Positions 1 through 13,860 of a DNA stretch of 64,000 bases are shown in pieces (within the stretch, counting starts at the first letter, position 1; each line of letters begins with the position of its first letter). Source of the DNA: Ptychomitrium polyphyllum (taxonomy: Eukaryota). The translations under genes were made by a program, and so were the position numbers. The DNA lies in assembly GCA_973851085.1 (NCBI GenBank), contig OZ316776.1, positions 5,456,001 through 5,520,000 on the forward strand, written 5' to 3'. The notes beneath the pieces are model-generated. The model ran no database searches, was not told the DNA's origin, and saw nothing but the letters and a program-made list of their open reading frames with translations.

Positions 1-540
1 GAATGCTTTTATAAATGTCACATATATATAAGCAAATTTTGTTATACAAACATTATAGTTATTTTATATTTAATTATTTTAATTTTCAGCACCTTTTACC
101 TATTACAACGTGACAATGACAAATTGTTATGATGCCATAAGTATTATAAGTTTTTCACTTTGAATGAACAACAATATTTAACAATACAATTATTTGTTCG
201 ATAAAACTCCTTCAAGCTGTGTTTGTAGTGTATTTTCTTATAATAGTCTCAAACAATGTATAATATAAACATTAAGGTATTCCCAAATTAGAAGAACAAT
301 TGACAGAAGTTAAGGTACTTAGAATGAATGAAGAGTTGGTTTAGAAACGCTTGACTAACACACCTTGATATTGTAAGATTCCTCATTCATCCATCAAAAT
401 TACACTCTCCAATACATTTTTGTTTGTTTGTGTGATAAAAATGAGTTTCAAGAGTGCTTTTGCAAAACTTTCACTTTTGGGAGGATTTAACAGATAACTT
501 TACTGAAAAAGTATTACAGTTTTTCTACTTTGAATGGATA

Positions 541-573
541 ACTGTCACTGTCACTGTCACTGTTACTGTCACT
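541..573. repeat. (ACTGTC)n hexanucleotide microsatellite, about 5.5 units
   Basis: actgtc actgtc actgtc actgtt actgtc act read directly. It explains the TVTVTV run in the spurious ORF 454..777. Confidence 0.9.
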
Positions 574-2462
574 ATTAGCTGTTTTGATTTGTGGACTTGT
601 TTTATGATTTGCTTAAAAGAAAACTATGTTATTGTCCTGTACTGTACAATCCACGCTCATGAGTCACCAGTGGAAATCACGTTCCCAAATCCCACGTTCC
701 CAATGCACATTGAGCCATTTGACTGCAAATGGATAAGAAAAGTGAGTGAATCCAATCATCCGAGAAAGGACAAGTAACATTAGGTTGGAGCTCACACCTC
801 ACCTGAAATAGGAAGTAATTACCAGTAAAAGCACACTCAAAAGAAGGCAATCACACTATAAATCACAGTGAATTTTATATACTGGATTTTATATGAGACC
901 TTTTACATGAATAGTATCAATATCTTAATTCGTGATTAAAACTCTCATTATGCATAGAATGTTATAATTTCAAATATATAGCTTGTGTAGTTAATATTCA
1001 AATATATTTTTAATATCCACAAAACAAGTCATTAAAATGTGTAAAAAGTTCTACAACTTGCTTAGATTTGACCATCATTCAACTTGGTTTATTATTAAAT
1101 GAATTCCTTATGATTAATTGCTATGTCAAGTTTCCACTTTGTTAGAAATCAAAACTCAACACAAAAGCAAAATTGACTACATTTAGAATTTGAAGCATCA
1201 AAACATATGAGTTAATATAATTTTCTTGCACGCTACAACTTGATGGTTGAGAGGACAAAATTTTACAAGATGCCATTCACGTAAGAACTACTAATTCCTT
1301 AAGGTTGTCTAGTTTGAACTTTGAGATCCAAAGTTGTAAAATGCAAACTTGTACTAAGAGTGTAAAGGAATTATGGTTTGAGCCTAACAAGTGGCTTTCA
1401 AAAATTCATCAATAAGGCAAAAAAGTCCTTTTTCCTTGTGATGGTTAAAAACCATTCTTTAACTACGGATAGACTTGTTTAAGAATGTAGTCTACACATC
1501 AATAGCATTAGATTGCAATCAAGTTCCAATAAAGAATCAACAATCATTCTTTCTTTGCATTTTGTAATGTATTTGTCTACCATTGTCTTATGCTGAGCAT
1601 CCTTAATCAAAGACCCTGCATAACTTAGGAAATACACGGTTGAAAGTTGTTCAACTCCTCTTTTCTTTGTGAGGTCAATTAACATTTGTTACATTTTCTA
1701 ATTTGACTTCACCATTGGTCCTCTTTTTAGACAAGTTTGGACTGAGGCAAATTAATATGGCAATGCAAGATAAATCATTTGTCTAGTTATAGATGAAGAG
1801 TTGTGTAGCTCTCCATCGCTTCTTTCCTAATGAGGTCTTGACTTGTGAGGCCACATCACTGCTTGCTACCACATATTCAAATATTCTAAATTAAAAATCA
1901 ATGCAATCTTTGGAAATCTAACAAACTTCATGAATTCCAAAAAAATTGTTTATCACTATCAACAATGCAAGGCTAAGAAAACACCTCATGCACCTAAAGC
2001 CATGGATTCCATTGCTTGATAAAAATGAATGCCACTTCTTTTTTCCTTATTATGTTCATTTTATTTCTAATATTTGAAGGAAATTTGAACAACCAATGTC
2101 AACATAATTTCTTTTTTATAACTTTTAGCACTTCAAATTCCTTTCTAAATATCTAAAGGACCTTAGAATATTTTCTAGTTTATAGGATTTATAAAAAATA
2201 TAAATAAAAAATATAAATTTTTTTAGTATATAAGAAAAGTATGGAACAAATTTTTCAACACAAACATTTGGGAATGAAGAATCTAGGTCTAAATATTGAA
2301 AAATTGATGTGAAATTCCCAAGCTTCTAAATTTACCCTAAAAATACAAATAAACATTCTTTCACTCTTGTTGCCATGCAAGGGCAAGTATATCATTGAAT
2401 TAAGTGCAAGCATGATAAATTCACTTTAGACCTTGTATAATTTGCAATCCCATTATCAAAAA

Positions 2463-2579
2463 TAAAAATTAATTAAGACACTCTTTAAAAATACTAAAGT
2501 ATTGAAACATGATTAAGATACAATTAAGATAGCCTTTTAGAATACTAAAATGTCTTTAAAGTATCTTAATCAATTCTTA
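2463..2579. mobile_element. Short AT-rich element with imperfect terminal inverted repeats (MITE-like relic)
   Basis: Left end taaaaattaattaagacact; reverse complement of right end taagaattgattaagatact (17/20 match). No clear TSD. Confidence 0.3.
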
Positions 2580-3409
2580 CTTTAGGTAGAATCATGACCT
2601 TACAATTCACTTCATTTTACTTCCTATAGGTTGGAATAAATTCAAATCATTGATCTTAGTGGTAGACATTGCCAAATGATACATAAGATTAACATTTGTA
2701 CTAGTGCTTTAGTTAGATGGGCAAACACCTACCTCAAATTTAGATTTTCATTGTGGAATATGTGTTTCAATCAAGTAAGCAAATCATTCTTGTATTGAAA
2801 TGTGTACTCCAATCATGAAGTGAAGGAGGTGAGATCATGAGTGAGTGCTTGGATGAGAAGAGGGTTGACTTCTTGGAAACTCAACAGAGAAATATGCAAT
2901 GAGGTATTAAGTGCTTGTATATGTGATCCATTGTTATATAACATGCATCTACAGTTTCTGCTACTGTTTGTGCTGGATGTTTCATACCATACGAGAGGTT
3001 ATCGCTCGTCACACAACCCACACTCTCTTCATGGCTAGCTATCTCACGTGTAGAGACAGAGCTTAGTTCCTCTTTCACCAGTAGAAGTAGAGCTGCATAA
3101 TAGGAAGCAAAAGGAATGCCAAAACAAAGTAGAGTCACAAGAGTAGCAACAACATTGCATGAATTCGAACCAGACATTCCGATCCGACCACATAACATAT
3201 TCATAGCTCTAGTTGAGTAAAAGGATATGAGATTAACAGACCTCACATAAATATTTCGTAGCTGTATTCAGGACCAGATCCTGTTGCACTTTAGTCCTCT
3301 CCCTACAGTCATGGGTCCTTCCATATCAACAATCAGAATATCACAGTGCACAGAAAGAAAGCTAGCTTGTATTTTCCAGTGATCACTTTGCAATAATGCG
3401 CCCACATTA

Positions 3410-3499
3410 ACACGGACTAGCATTGGGCGGAGATTCTTGATCACCATCCCAGAGAAAAGGTTGAGAGCAGAGCAGGCACTTCAACACCCATAGTTCAAG
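3410..3499 (+). pseudogene. Ser/Thr protein kinase C-terminal fragment (subdomain XI-like), decayed
   Basis: Reads RRFLITIPEKRLRAEQALQHP*FK, matching the kinase KRxxAxxALxHPWF signature with Trp replaced by TAG at 3491-3493. A GT donor follows (aag|gtaatc at 3500). Confidence 0.5.
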
Positions 3500-4403
3500 G
3501 TAATCAAGGATGCAGAGACTCACCTTCAATGCTTGGTGCTGCAAGCCACTTCTGCTTTCTTCTCCACCGGAAGTATACGGGCCATAAACCTGATTGGATT
3601 GACAAGCCGAAGGAGGGCCTCCCAGAAATAGAGAATTATTTATAGAACTCAAAGCGAGAACGCCGACGTGCAAGTAGTCAGTAAAATGGGTGAAGTAACA
3701 TGACAACGTAGGGAAGGAGACGATCGAAAGGGTTTAAGATCGAACTGCTCAGCAAAACAGGAGATAAACGGAAAGTCAGAGACAATTTGAAAGAAGGAAA
3801 AGGAGCACAATCAACTTAGCGATTTCCAACATCACAAAACGAAGCAGACATCGTAAATTGCCGGAATTGTACACAGTATCACAGAATCTGGCTGAACATC
3901 AGCAGAAGTCAGAAAGATTGTAAGAGTTCCAAACATATATGATCGGCTGCGTATAAGGACACATGGATATAGACAGAACCAAAGTCTATTGTTGAATATT
4001 TTAGAGAAGACAGAGTCCCAAAGAAAATATATGTATTCAAATACAGCAGAGACTCGCATCATGCTTGTAGAATCTTAGTTAGGCCCACACCATTTAAGCT
4101 TTACATGACAGACTACGCAAGTGATTTAGTAAATGTAGCAACACGCTCTTGTTCAGAAACAGGGATGATCATTGATGTCATAGTTTCTCTACTTCTAGAA
4201 AGCTAAAAACTACTGCTAAAATACTAGAATGTACTTACAAAACTTGCAATGATTGGAAAGGAAGTTATCGCTCGCGAAAGATTGAAGGCTTGTGCACATC
4301 TCTCACGTCACGGAAGGGTTCCAGATCTCAAATATGGAGAACGCATGCAAAGCAATTGTGTTGTTTCCTCCGTGCTTTCTCATCAGATTGCGAGAACACC
4401 CAT

Positions 4404-4925
4404 TTTCTTGACCTTCCGAGCGACATGCACTTGGGCTGAAAATCGAGAAAATCGTCGTCGTCGTTGCCCCACTTCTTGGAATTCAGGGAAGCTGGTAGAG
4501 ATTTCGACGAAACGGAACTCGACAATCTTTTGTACAATGGCTTTACCAGCATTATGCTTGACCCTACCTGCGCACAAAAAGCAAGCTCGCACTATGAAAC
4601 AAACCTTCACCGCGAAAATAGCCCAGACATAGTTGTAAGCCGAGAACAGCATCAACCACTCCAAATATACATCTTCGAATGGGCACATAGAGAAAGAATC
4701 AACCACACGCACGACTACCTTCTTCGATGTGGGGATATACTACAATTAAAAAAACAAAGGTGGCATAAAGAAGCGCGTAAAGATCGACTCACATGTCCCA
4801 TGAAGGTGGTCAACGTCGCAACTCTTCTTGCAGAATTCGAAGTGAACTGCTTCTTGGAGTACCAATCCAGCTCCATTCAAGCACAGCAATGCCAGCACTT
4901 AATCCTTCCTAATTCGATGTACTAA
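4404..4925 (+). pseudogene. Possible decayed F-box protein gene
   Basis: FLDLPSDMHLG* then, in an adjacent frame, IEKIVV, then LPHFLEFREAGRDF. Together these resemble an F-box motif (LPxD..EKI...LP....FR). About 150 open codons follow with no ATG start. Similarity is weak and by eye only. Confidence 0.3.
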
Positions 4926-7900
4926 GCCCCTCCCCTATTCGCTCCAAATGCCAACCTCCACCTCATCGGTACCCGCAATTGTTCGACGTCCTCAAACAAT
5001 CCCTATGCCCTTACCAAGAAACAAAAAGCCCTAAAACCGCCACCACCCACCATGACATCAATCCTCAGCCCAGAGACTACGATTGCTCTTCCTCACATTT
5101 GTAGAGATCTACAATCCTCCTATCAAAGACAGGAAAACCCATTCAATAAGACCTGCATAAACCTTAATCCGCTGCAGTGTCAATGATGCCTTAAGACAAC
5201 TCTCGATAGACACACCGGTATCTGCGATGACCGATAATGCAACAGAGATTCGAACAGCTACACTGTGAATCCACTGTGCTCTCAATCTGCCTAATAAGTA
5301 CTGTACTATGTCACTCCGACGACCATTCTCACTCACAATGCCCTGAACTCAATGCCTGCGTCATCGACACCACGAGTCCTACAGAAGTGACCGCGAGCTC
5401 CGCAAAGGTGGACCCAAAGCAGTTGTTTCAACATGGCGCTTGCTCCATTAATGCCCTGGTGCTACCTTAACTTTATGTTTTAAAAGCACCCTGACACCTT
5501 TCCGATTCATGACATGCTCTACGAAAGCAGGGTGTTAGTTGTTGTCTCCAGCTAGTGTACGAAGTCATGAATCAAGGAACCCTGCCACCAAGCTTGCCTT
5601 CGCTTCAGCAGACGAGTAACGAGACTGAGGGAAGACAACCTAGCGTAGGTTTCACATCCACATAAGATCACCTTATGTGCAGCACTTGCATTCATTGCCC
5701 TGGCGTCATCCATGAAGTCGATGGCTTCGGCTTCGCCATCGTTGCATTGTCCAACTATTGTTGTCCAAAAGCAACGGTCCATTAAAGCCAGTACCCGCGT
5801 CCGCAACTGCAGAACAGTGTTCGTCGTCAAACAGTCGTTTCTGAATTCCTCCTTCCCAGGCTGCCTCTCATTTTTTTGAGCGTACAAAGGGCATACAATA
5901 GTACAGTAAAGGTACTCCGTGGCCAGCGGCTTCGGTTATCTTTGGAGTACTGTAGATTTTTTCTTCCTACCAGAATTTACTAGTGGGAGTGAGGACTGAC
6001 ATCATCAAGAGTGGAGTTGCCTCTGTTCGTGAGTTCTGAGAGGAATTGAAAACTGGCAGCCATCTGAATTCAATTCTGAATGCGGTGAATTCACTATTGT
6101 TCCTATCTATCAGAAATGACTTAAACTGGATTTTCAGGATTTAATTCTCGAATGTGCACAGAGATCAAGCTGGCGCACCACATAACTTCCCTTTGGAGTT
6201 TTTAATACGAGTAATTAATGATGTCTTTCTTTACAATAAGTTCTTTATTGATTTCAACAATATACAGCATACATACACTAGAATACTAATATGTTGGATA
6301 GCAGAAAATGATCCATTACAGGTACGAAGTTACGAGGTGGTGAAGATCGGCGGCTGTGCTTGAAAATCATCATGTAGGAATAATATTCATAATTCACTGA
6401 TAAAAATCTTACACGATTCGTGAACAGAGCAGCACATAAAAATGTTGGAGCTCTCCAAACCAAAAAAGACTGTTGTCCAAAAACAAAAAAACTCAAAAAA
6501 AGGTTTAAGCTTTTCTAGGAATATATTATTGTTTTTACACAGCAGCAAGCTTCACTCAGTGGACATGAACCAAAACGTCCACGATGATTTCATTGCACAC
6601 TAAGTCTGTTGCAAAGCAATGCCAGGTTTAGCATCTCTCTTCCTTCCTCGCCCCTGCTCGATCGCCCTTTATCTGGAGCGAAAACAGCACAAGGAGCAAG
6701 GCAGCATTATTGTCATACTAATCTGAACCTAGTCGATATTTTATGATAGTTTTAGTCTACCCATTGATAGGCTGCAATTCCATGCGGCGCAGTTGCGTTT
6801 TTCATGATGAAGATATTCTTTCCATGATTGGCAGGCTATAGATTCATGGTTCAGTAGTTGGTGGCATGGTTCAATTTTTTTTCTGAAATAACTTTAGCAA
6901 GGTATGATATGTTGTGATTGAATCGGTAACCTAGTCACAGCTGCAGCGATCAGCCACTGCGTGTGAGGCTTGCCTGACCGTGTAAGCAGGAGTTGAGAGG
7001 ATATTGAAAAAAATGTAGGACACTGACGCAACTAGAGCTTGTTGAACACATTCCCCTTATGAAGCCAATTTGAAGTTAACAAAAAGATCAACACAAACGA
7101 GGTCTATGCTCCTTAGCCAACTCCAGACCTCTTATGATTTATATAGCTTTGTATTTTGACTCATCAACAGTAGAGCAGGTATTGCGCGTCATTGTGATTT
7201 GGCCTTGCGAACAAGAGGTTGCATTCAACTCCAAAGGAGTAGCCACTGGCTTAGAACTTGAACATACCTTATATGACAGTGCTCTACTGACATGAATCCT
7301 TGATTGTATCAGCTGTAAGAGAGACTATGAATATGGTGCATCAAATTTTGTTTGTTTAATGTGCTCAAATAGTAAAACTGCAGTGGCTCCTTTCAGACAC
7401 CAAAATTTCTACCATCACAGGCTTCATGGTACAATAGTAGGAAATTAAAACGGCATCCTGATGAATATTGCAGATGCTCATTCCTATTCTAGGGCCCCTT
7501 TCCGATCCAAGTTCCTCTAGATCACCCGGTCCCTTACTTCCCAGTTGCTACGCCAACTCATTACCAAGACAAAGATGTGAGGTTTAATTTGCCAGTTTTG
7601 CCTTCCAAGTCCAAATATTTGGTTATCAAATACCGGTGAAGTTAAACGGTAGACTCCCTCAGTGGTCATTGTTTGTAAGCTTCGTCACACTTAATCTGAA
7701 AATGCATTGACATGCAAATATGTTACTATCGCAGCTGGTAGTGTGAAAACAAAATTAAAGCAATAGAGAATGTACAAGATAAGATGTGTTATTGACGCTA
7801 CAAAAACTGAACATGCGCTTTTGAACATTCTTCACTTAAGCATAGTATTTGGAATGGAGTGTCAAACAATACCTCGTCCTTTATACAGTATCGACAGCCT

Positions 7901-8260
7901 TTGGCTGCTGGCAATGGAACTCCAATGGCAACTAGAAGCGTCGGAGGCACGCTGATCATGTGAAGACACAGATGAGACGCTCCATTTTGGAGGGAGTCCT
8001 GCCTTCCAATAGAAACTAACATTTCGGTGTTGTGGATTCCATTGCCTTCACCTAACCACTGCACGGAAGCTCACAAACTGAACTCTAAACTCTTTTAAAG
8101 GGGATTCATTAAACTAGGTTCTCCTAACGTTTAATCTGCTAGGTTGGAATTTGTCAACTACAATAAACTGCTTTCATAAATTGAAAAGGAGAACAGAATC
8201 GTCAAATAAACGTGCAAATAATGTCCTACAAAACGGGAATTGATGTCCCCAAAGATTTTA

Positions 8261-9673
8261 TTACTGCATATCTGTTTTGCATATCTTATCCGTTAGAGTC
8301 TGATTTCTTGGGTGCACAACTATTTCACAGGTCACTTTAACCTGCACAAAACAAAAAGGATACAGAGGTTTGGTCACTTCGGAAATTGATCTGGTGCACG
8401 GGCAACGTCTGCCAAAGCTTGCTTCCCAAGACAAGGTAAACAGACTGAAAATATGCAGAAAAATGAGAGAAGGAGCTGTCAGTGCTAAATACAAAGCTTG
8501 TCATTGCTCACAGAGAATCTTGCACGACAACAAATGTGTTCAGTGATTTTTCTTCCTAGTTTTCACGATCAATGTTCCTCAAAAAAAATGCTACGTTTTC
8601 GAGAGGGCACTACATACCGTTAAAAGGGACGACGTAACACCCAAGAAATGAGCACGAGCTCTTATAGTGCTGTTGACAGTAAAAGGAATGGAATCCTTAG
8701 CAGAATCCTTGAGCAGGCTGAGCCCAGTACCCTTAAAGGCATCAATCTGGTTTGTCATCAGCAATACTGAAATGGTGTGGTTGCTTCGTCCAGGTTGATC
8801 GATGGCCGGAACAGTTGAGTTACCCACGAACAGGTCCTTATAACTCACATCTGACTCTGTGGGGTTGTAAATGATTCGGAAGCGGTTAGGGTTTATGGCT
8901 GTCAGGTTAGCAGTCATGTTCATAGAAAGAAGTGCACTGATGCGTAATCCATCACGCTTAGGAACGACCTGCACCATAACGCACCAGATCTCAGGGCCAT
9001 TCCAAAGACTCTTTAGGGTTGTGCAACGCTTTTTGCAGAATACGCGAATAGAGCTGGCCAAATCGTTACATTTCCACAGATCGTTTTCGTTGCCAATGAC
9101 AAATAAATCGTGCTTCCTCCACAGTTTGTGCTACGCGATACCAATGCTGACCTACATTACCTTTACACGATCCAGTGGACAGAACAGAACATGAACCACT
9201 ATCCATGCGGACTTGAGCTACAATGTCGGCATCGCATCTTGCACACTCTTCTTCGTGATCTTAACCTTATTCTTGCTCCTGATCCTATAAAATTTATTCC
9301 GACCAATACAATATAACCGGATCCGCGTAACCTCAGCTACGTGACGCATTTTTCAATCTAATAAACGACCCATAAAAGCTCTCAAGAACAAAATGCGGAT
9401 TCACCTCCCGTTTCGAGCACGTACCTTCATGTTAGCCACAGTGATGTGGGTCATCTCCACCGAAGGGTATTTTGGTTTCAAGATGAGATACATTATCAGC
9501 CCGACGAAGAATAACAGTAGAAGCAATACTAAAAACGCAACAACTGTCCAACAACAACAACTCTTCCACGGCTTCCTCTTGGACGATTGCTCCAAGTTGA
9601 ACTCCTCGACGTTGAAGGAGCCATGCTTAGATCTGCTGTATGAAGCTCGCTCACTTTTGCTTGTGAACTTCAT
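8261..9673 (-). CDS. LEA_2 domain / NDR1-HIN1-like (NHL) membrane protein; exons 9425-9673, 8618-8968, 8261-8341
   Basis: MKFTSK..., Cys-rich CCCW, transmembrane helix VVAFLVLLLLLFFVGLIMYLIL followed by KPKYPS, LEA_2 motifs ANLTAINPNRFRIIY and VGNSTVPAIDQ, and C-terminal VKVTCEIVV...ICK. All three exons join in frame at GT-AG sites. Confidence 0.85.
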
Positions 9674-11129
9674 CTGGACTAGAACAACTCCAATCTCCTC
9701 CGCCACTCCACCTTCATTTTGTCGCAGAACCTTGCTCCTCAACCTTTCAAGTCACTGACTACGCGCTACGACTGCACTAGCCACATTGCCGATGATTGCT
9801 TCGTTCGCGAATCCTGAAAAGCTGGATCCATAGAAAGTCAACCCACCTGAGAGATTATTTACAAAGAACAACTTGTTATCAATCTCAACTTGTTAGCGCA
9901 GGAACTTCGGAATAGCTCCGTGGTTTCCCGCCACTTTCATATGTACCTCCGGAGAGCATGAGCTTCAAGTTTCACAAAAAAGTAACTACCTACTACGTCC
10001 TCGTGCAAGTCTCAGGAACCTGTGGGTAAGATATCTCTATTTCAGGAATCAGCATAGCATATCGCAAGTGATGGATATGAATGCCACCATGGATCCCCCA
10101 GAAAACTTCGGAATGTCTAAATACGTCCTCAGGTGAAAGGCGCTCCTGCTCTGGAAGGAGCATCCTGACTCCAGCGTAGGCACGCTGCTTCAGCCCTCAC
10201 CAGTTGAAAGCTTGTTAGCAGGGAATGCCACTTCTTCGAATAATTGGAGCTCAGGTGAAGTGCCTCTAAGAGCTCTTCCCGAAGGTCGTCGACATATATT
10301 TTGATGCAATCAATTTCTTGAGGAGAATCCTAATTCGTTGCAACTGAAGAGAGGGGGGTTTACCGTCCCTGATATGTGATAATAACGTCGTGTAAAAGCA
10401 AGATGAGAGTTAACACTTACAGCAAATGAGTTCAATTGCGTTTCCAGACAACCGTACATGAAATCAACATGAAATGGCAACCTTTGGTGGTTCCGGGGAA
10501 GTGGACAAATTGAAGGAACTCCAAACCAGGTCGCAGACAAGACTCACAGTGCTTATTTTAAGAAGTTTCTAGTTCTTAAATTGAATATAAAAGGACATAT
10601 CGCTACTGCTTGCATCGGTTTCTTGAAGAAGGATAACAAATAGCAAAAACGGTATCAAACAGTCCAAACTTTTAAGGTAGAGCTTTCCATTAGCTAAGGA
10701 TCTTGAAAGGAGAATGAGTTTGTGATTACTCTACAATAGATATTAAGGATTGGAGTACATGTAAATACTGCTACATCAAACCGCTTCACTGCTAAGAAGC
10801 ACGTGCACAACTGATATACGACACGCTGGTTAAAGAGAGCAAACCAAGTGATGCTCTAAAGCCTCAATACCAGTTCTCAGCTAGTAGCTGTTACTAGGGT
10901 TTCTCTGCAACCCGAGTCTCCAGACTCCAGAGGTATCTATCTACTAAGTTTGTGATGTCATTGAACACCATTTTTCTCAGAATCAAACTTAGGTGCAAAA
11001 ATTGTGCTCTTTGATAAAACCAAAAGAACACACTACCTGTTGAAATAAAAGTTTATGACCTTTCTAAGTTAAACCTAAATTCGAGCGAGTTTGGGCATAC
11101 TAAGATAAGCATCTCAAGAGAGCCAAAAC

Positions 11130-13710
11130 TTAAACCTTAATGTGATAGTAATCTGCGTCAAAGAAGTGTACCCGGACATATCCATCTTCCCCACCACTTG
11201 AGAAACTGCAGATGAACAAAAGTTTCAACAGATTAGTAAGATTTACCATCTTCCTACTTGTGAAAGAAAACTACGCCTTGAGTCAAGAAGCCCAGCAAGC
11301 CTTCTAGAACCCTTGTTGCCAGATCGAATTGCATCCAAATCCTTTACTAAGACGCAAAATTCGTACAAGTTCTACAAATGGACATTATGCAGTTATCAAC
11401 AGCATCTGCATATAAATTTTTCAATAATTGTAAATAAAGCAATTATTTAAAAACTAGGCCATTCGACCAAAACATCTATCCAGTGTGTGAAGAAACGAAC
11501 CTTCTACCATCGGGATTGAAAGCCAGAGCATTAATAGGCCCAAAATGACCCTTCACACCGCCAATTTCCTCCTCAAAAATCTGCACAAACGCACCACAAG
11601 ACAGTGGATATTGATTCCTTCGCATTTCTTTAATCATTCTGTTCGTCACTTCTAGATGAATATCCTCTGCGCCAAAGCTTTTGTGTGAGAGACATCAACT
11701 AAACCTGATGCATAGTAACACGCATTTATCTTTCAAGACCAAGGCCATATGAAGGACCTTCAGTCTAGAGCCTATCAAAGGATATGAATTTTAAGTCATT
11801 GACATGACCAAGGAGGCTAAATGAGAGAAAGAGGATAGACCTTGTGGAAAAACTTTGCCTCAAACTTTCCAGCTCGAGTGCTTGTCATTGTCACTTGTGA
11901 AGCTTCTTGGCCACCACCAATGACCACCTGTATCAAAAGCAGTAAGTAGCCGCTATCAACATGACTTGACCAGGCTTTCAGGTAATCAAAATGTATTAAA
12001 ACCCTGCCAATCTCAGCTTTAAAAAAAAGACTAAATCAATACTAAGGGGGTAGTCAAGCCATACATGGTCAAGGAGAGGTGAAATCGCAGCAGCATTGAC
12101 AGGTCGCTCTGTAGTGTAACTCTTTAGCATAGTCAAGGTTCGAATATCCCACAATTTTGCAGTCTTATCATGAGACCCCGTGATGAAATGTGAGCCATCG
12201 GCTGACTTGGACATCGATGTAATAACTTTCTGGTGACCCGTATCAGGATCGCTTTCCTTCAAACACTTGCCTGTCTGAAAATGAGGAAAAAAATTGAGTT
12301 GTGTTAACAGAAAAGTATAAATAATTACAATAAAATGAATAAAAATTACTCTAATCGACAAGATCAGGAATGGCTGATATTGCCTTCGGTATACCAAGGC
12401 TAAAGAACCTAACTGATACAAGACTAAAATGAAAGACGAAGATTACAGAGCTGAACCAAACCTCGGCATCCCAGATACGGACAGTAGCATCTTCACCAGC
12501 ACTGATGATGGTCTTGTTGAGTGGTCCCCACATAACTCTGTTTATCCTGCCTTGTGGCCCCGTGATAGTAAGCACATCCTCACTCGTTTCTGCATGCACA
12601 CCCAGGCCTCGGGATTCAGAAATTAACGAACAAGTTGGTTGACTAAACTAAACATTGCCTCAAAACTCATAAAAACTAGGTCGTAGCAAATATAACCAGC
12701 GCCTTCACCAGCACGCTAAACTTTGATAAATTAAAATTCCCGAAGCAACATCGTAGACCTGTATTAAACATTTCTATATGAAAATAATGCAGCTTAGACC
12801 TTATTTTTGCAAAACATTTTTAAAAAATTAATTAAAATATATAAAAAATAGCTGGTCATATCTCCCAACAACAATCTCTAGAAATATAAGTGCGTGGCAC
12901 CCTTCACTACGAGTAGCACATAGAATCGCAGATTGAGGGATTTCAACGAGACCTAAATCGAAGTTGGAACCCTATCAATTTCGTGAGTGTTCTAAAGTCA
13001 CCTAAATCTCACCATATGTTGTTTTATTAATGTACGTCTTAATTGCAGGCCAATCGTAAGAGTAAGTAAGACAAATAACGTTCTTGAACCAAAATGGGAA
13101 GGAAGATGGTGGAAGCACTTACGCTGGGATCTGTCAGCCTCAATAAGCTTGACATGAATAGCCGATTGCTGTTCCATGAAGGGATCAGTGCTGATCACAA
13201 CCATCTTGTCTCCCTCGGAAAAGCTAACAGCTCTCGCAGGAGCATCGAAGTTGAACGAGTGCAGCTGCACGCCAGTCTCACAATCCCACAGCTTCACAGA
13301 CTGGTCAGCTGAGCTCGTCACCAACCGTGTCGAATCTCCTGAACGCCAAGATCATACATCAATCAATCAACCAATCAAAAAACGACTCACGCCATTCATC
13401 CAATCAAGAAACTACTTCTCCAACGCGCCACCAAACATTACAAACAACCATTCTGCGTCTACCTCCAACCATTGACCTAAAATCCAAACCCTAACGACCA
13501 ACAGCAAGATAGAATCCGAGACTCACTGGAAACATCACAACACCACACCGCTCCATTGTGGCCACGGTACGTGCCCAAGCGCTCTCCGTTGCTGGCATAC
13601 CACACGGTAGGCGTATGATCCTTGGCGCACGAGAACAGCAAGTCTCCATCCCTGTTATACTTGAGAAACGTGAGAGGCCTCTCGTGGCCCTTCAACAAAA
13701 TCGGCCTCAT
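11130..13710 (-). CDS. TIF3I1: Eukaryotic translation initiation factor 3 subunit i (TRIP-1, WD40); exons 13527-13710, 13123-13338, 12462-12589, 12065-12274, 11841-11927, 11501-11580, 11130-11205
   Basis: Diagnostic N-terminus [37 protein letters not shown], internal [17 protein letters not shown], and C-terminus [23 protein letters not shown]. Seven exons with canonical splice sites. Confidence 0.96.
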
Positions 13711-13851
13711 GTTACTGGTTCTCTTCTCTTCTGCTTCTCCTCCAAACCTAGCATAGACAGCAAGCGATGCGCTCGACTTGCACACTCAAAGCTAGAGCGT
13801 CCTGCCGAAGCTCCGAAGCTGAACGACAATGGATGCCGCGCCGAGCTCTCG

Positions 13852-13860
13852 TTAGGGTTT
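13852..13860 (-). promoter_or_regulatory. Telo-box (AAACCCTAA) upstream of eIF3i; a second copy lies in intron 1 at 13486-13494 (+)
   Basis: ttagggttt read directly about 140 bp upstream of the ATG. Telo-boxes are known to be enriched near plant translation-machinery genes. Confidence 0.6.

Noticed and set aside
1000..2100. Possible retrotransposon pol remnant (ORF 1479..1685, LIDLTKK)
   Set aside because: I could not find supporting RT, RNase H or integrase motifs in order.
5500..8100. Short ORFs and exon-like segments between 5.5 and 8.1 kb
   Set aside because: No coherent spliced frame or recognisable domain could be assembled.
9750..10560. GC-balanced segment between the LEA_2 gene and eIF3i
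   Set aside because: No recognisable product; most simply the leader/promoter of the LEA_2 gene.
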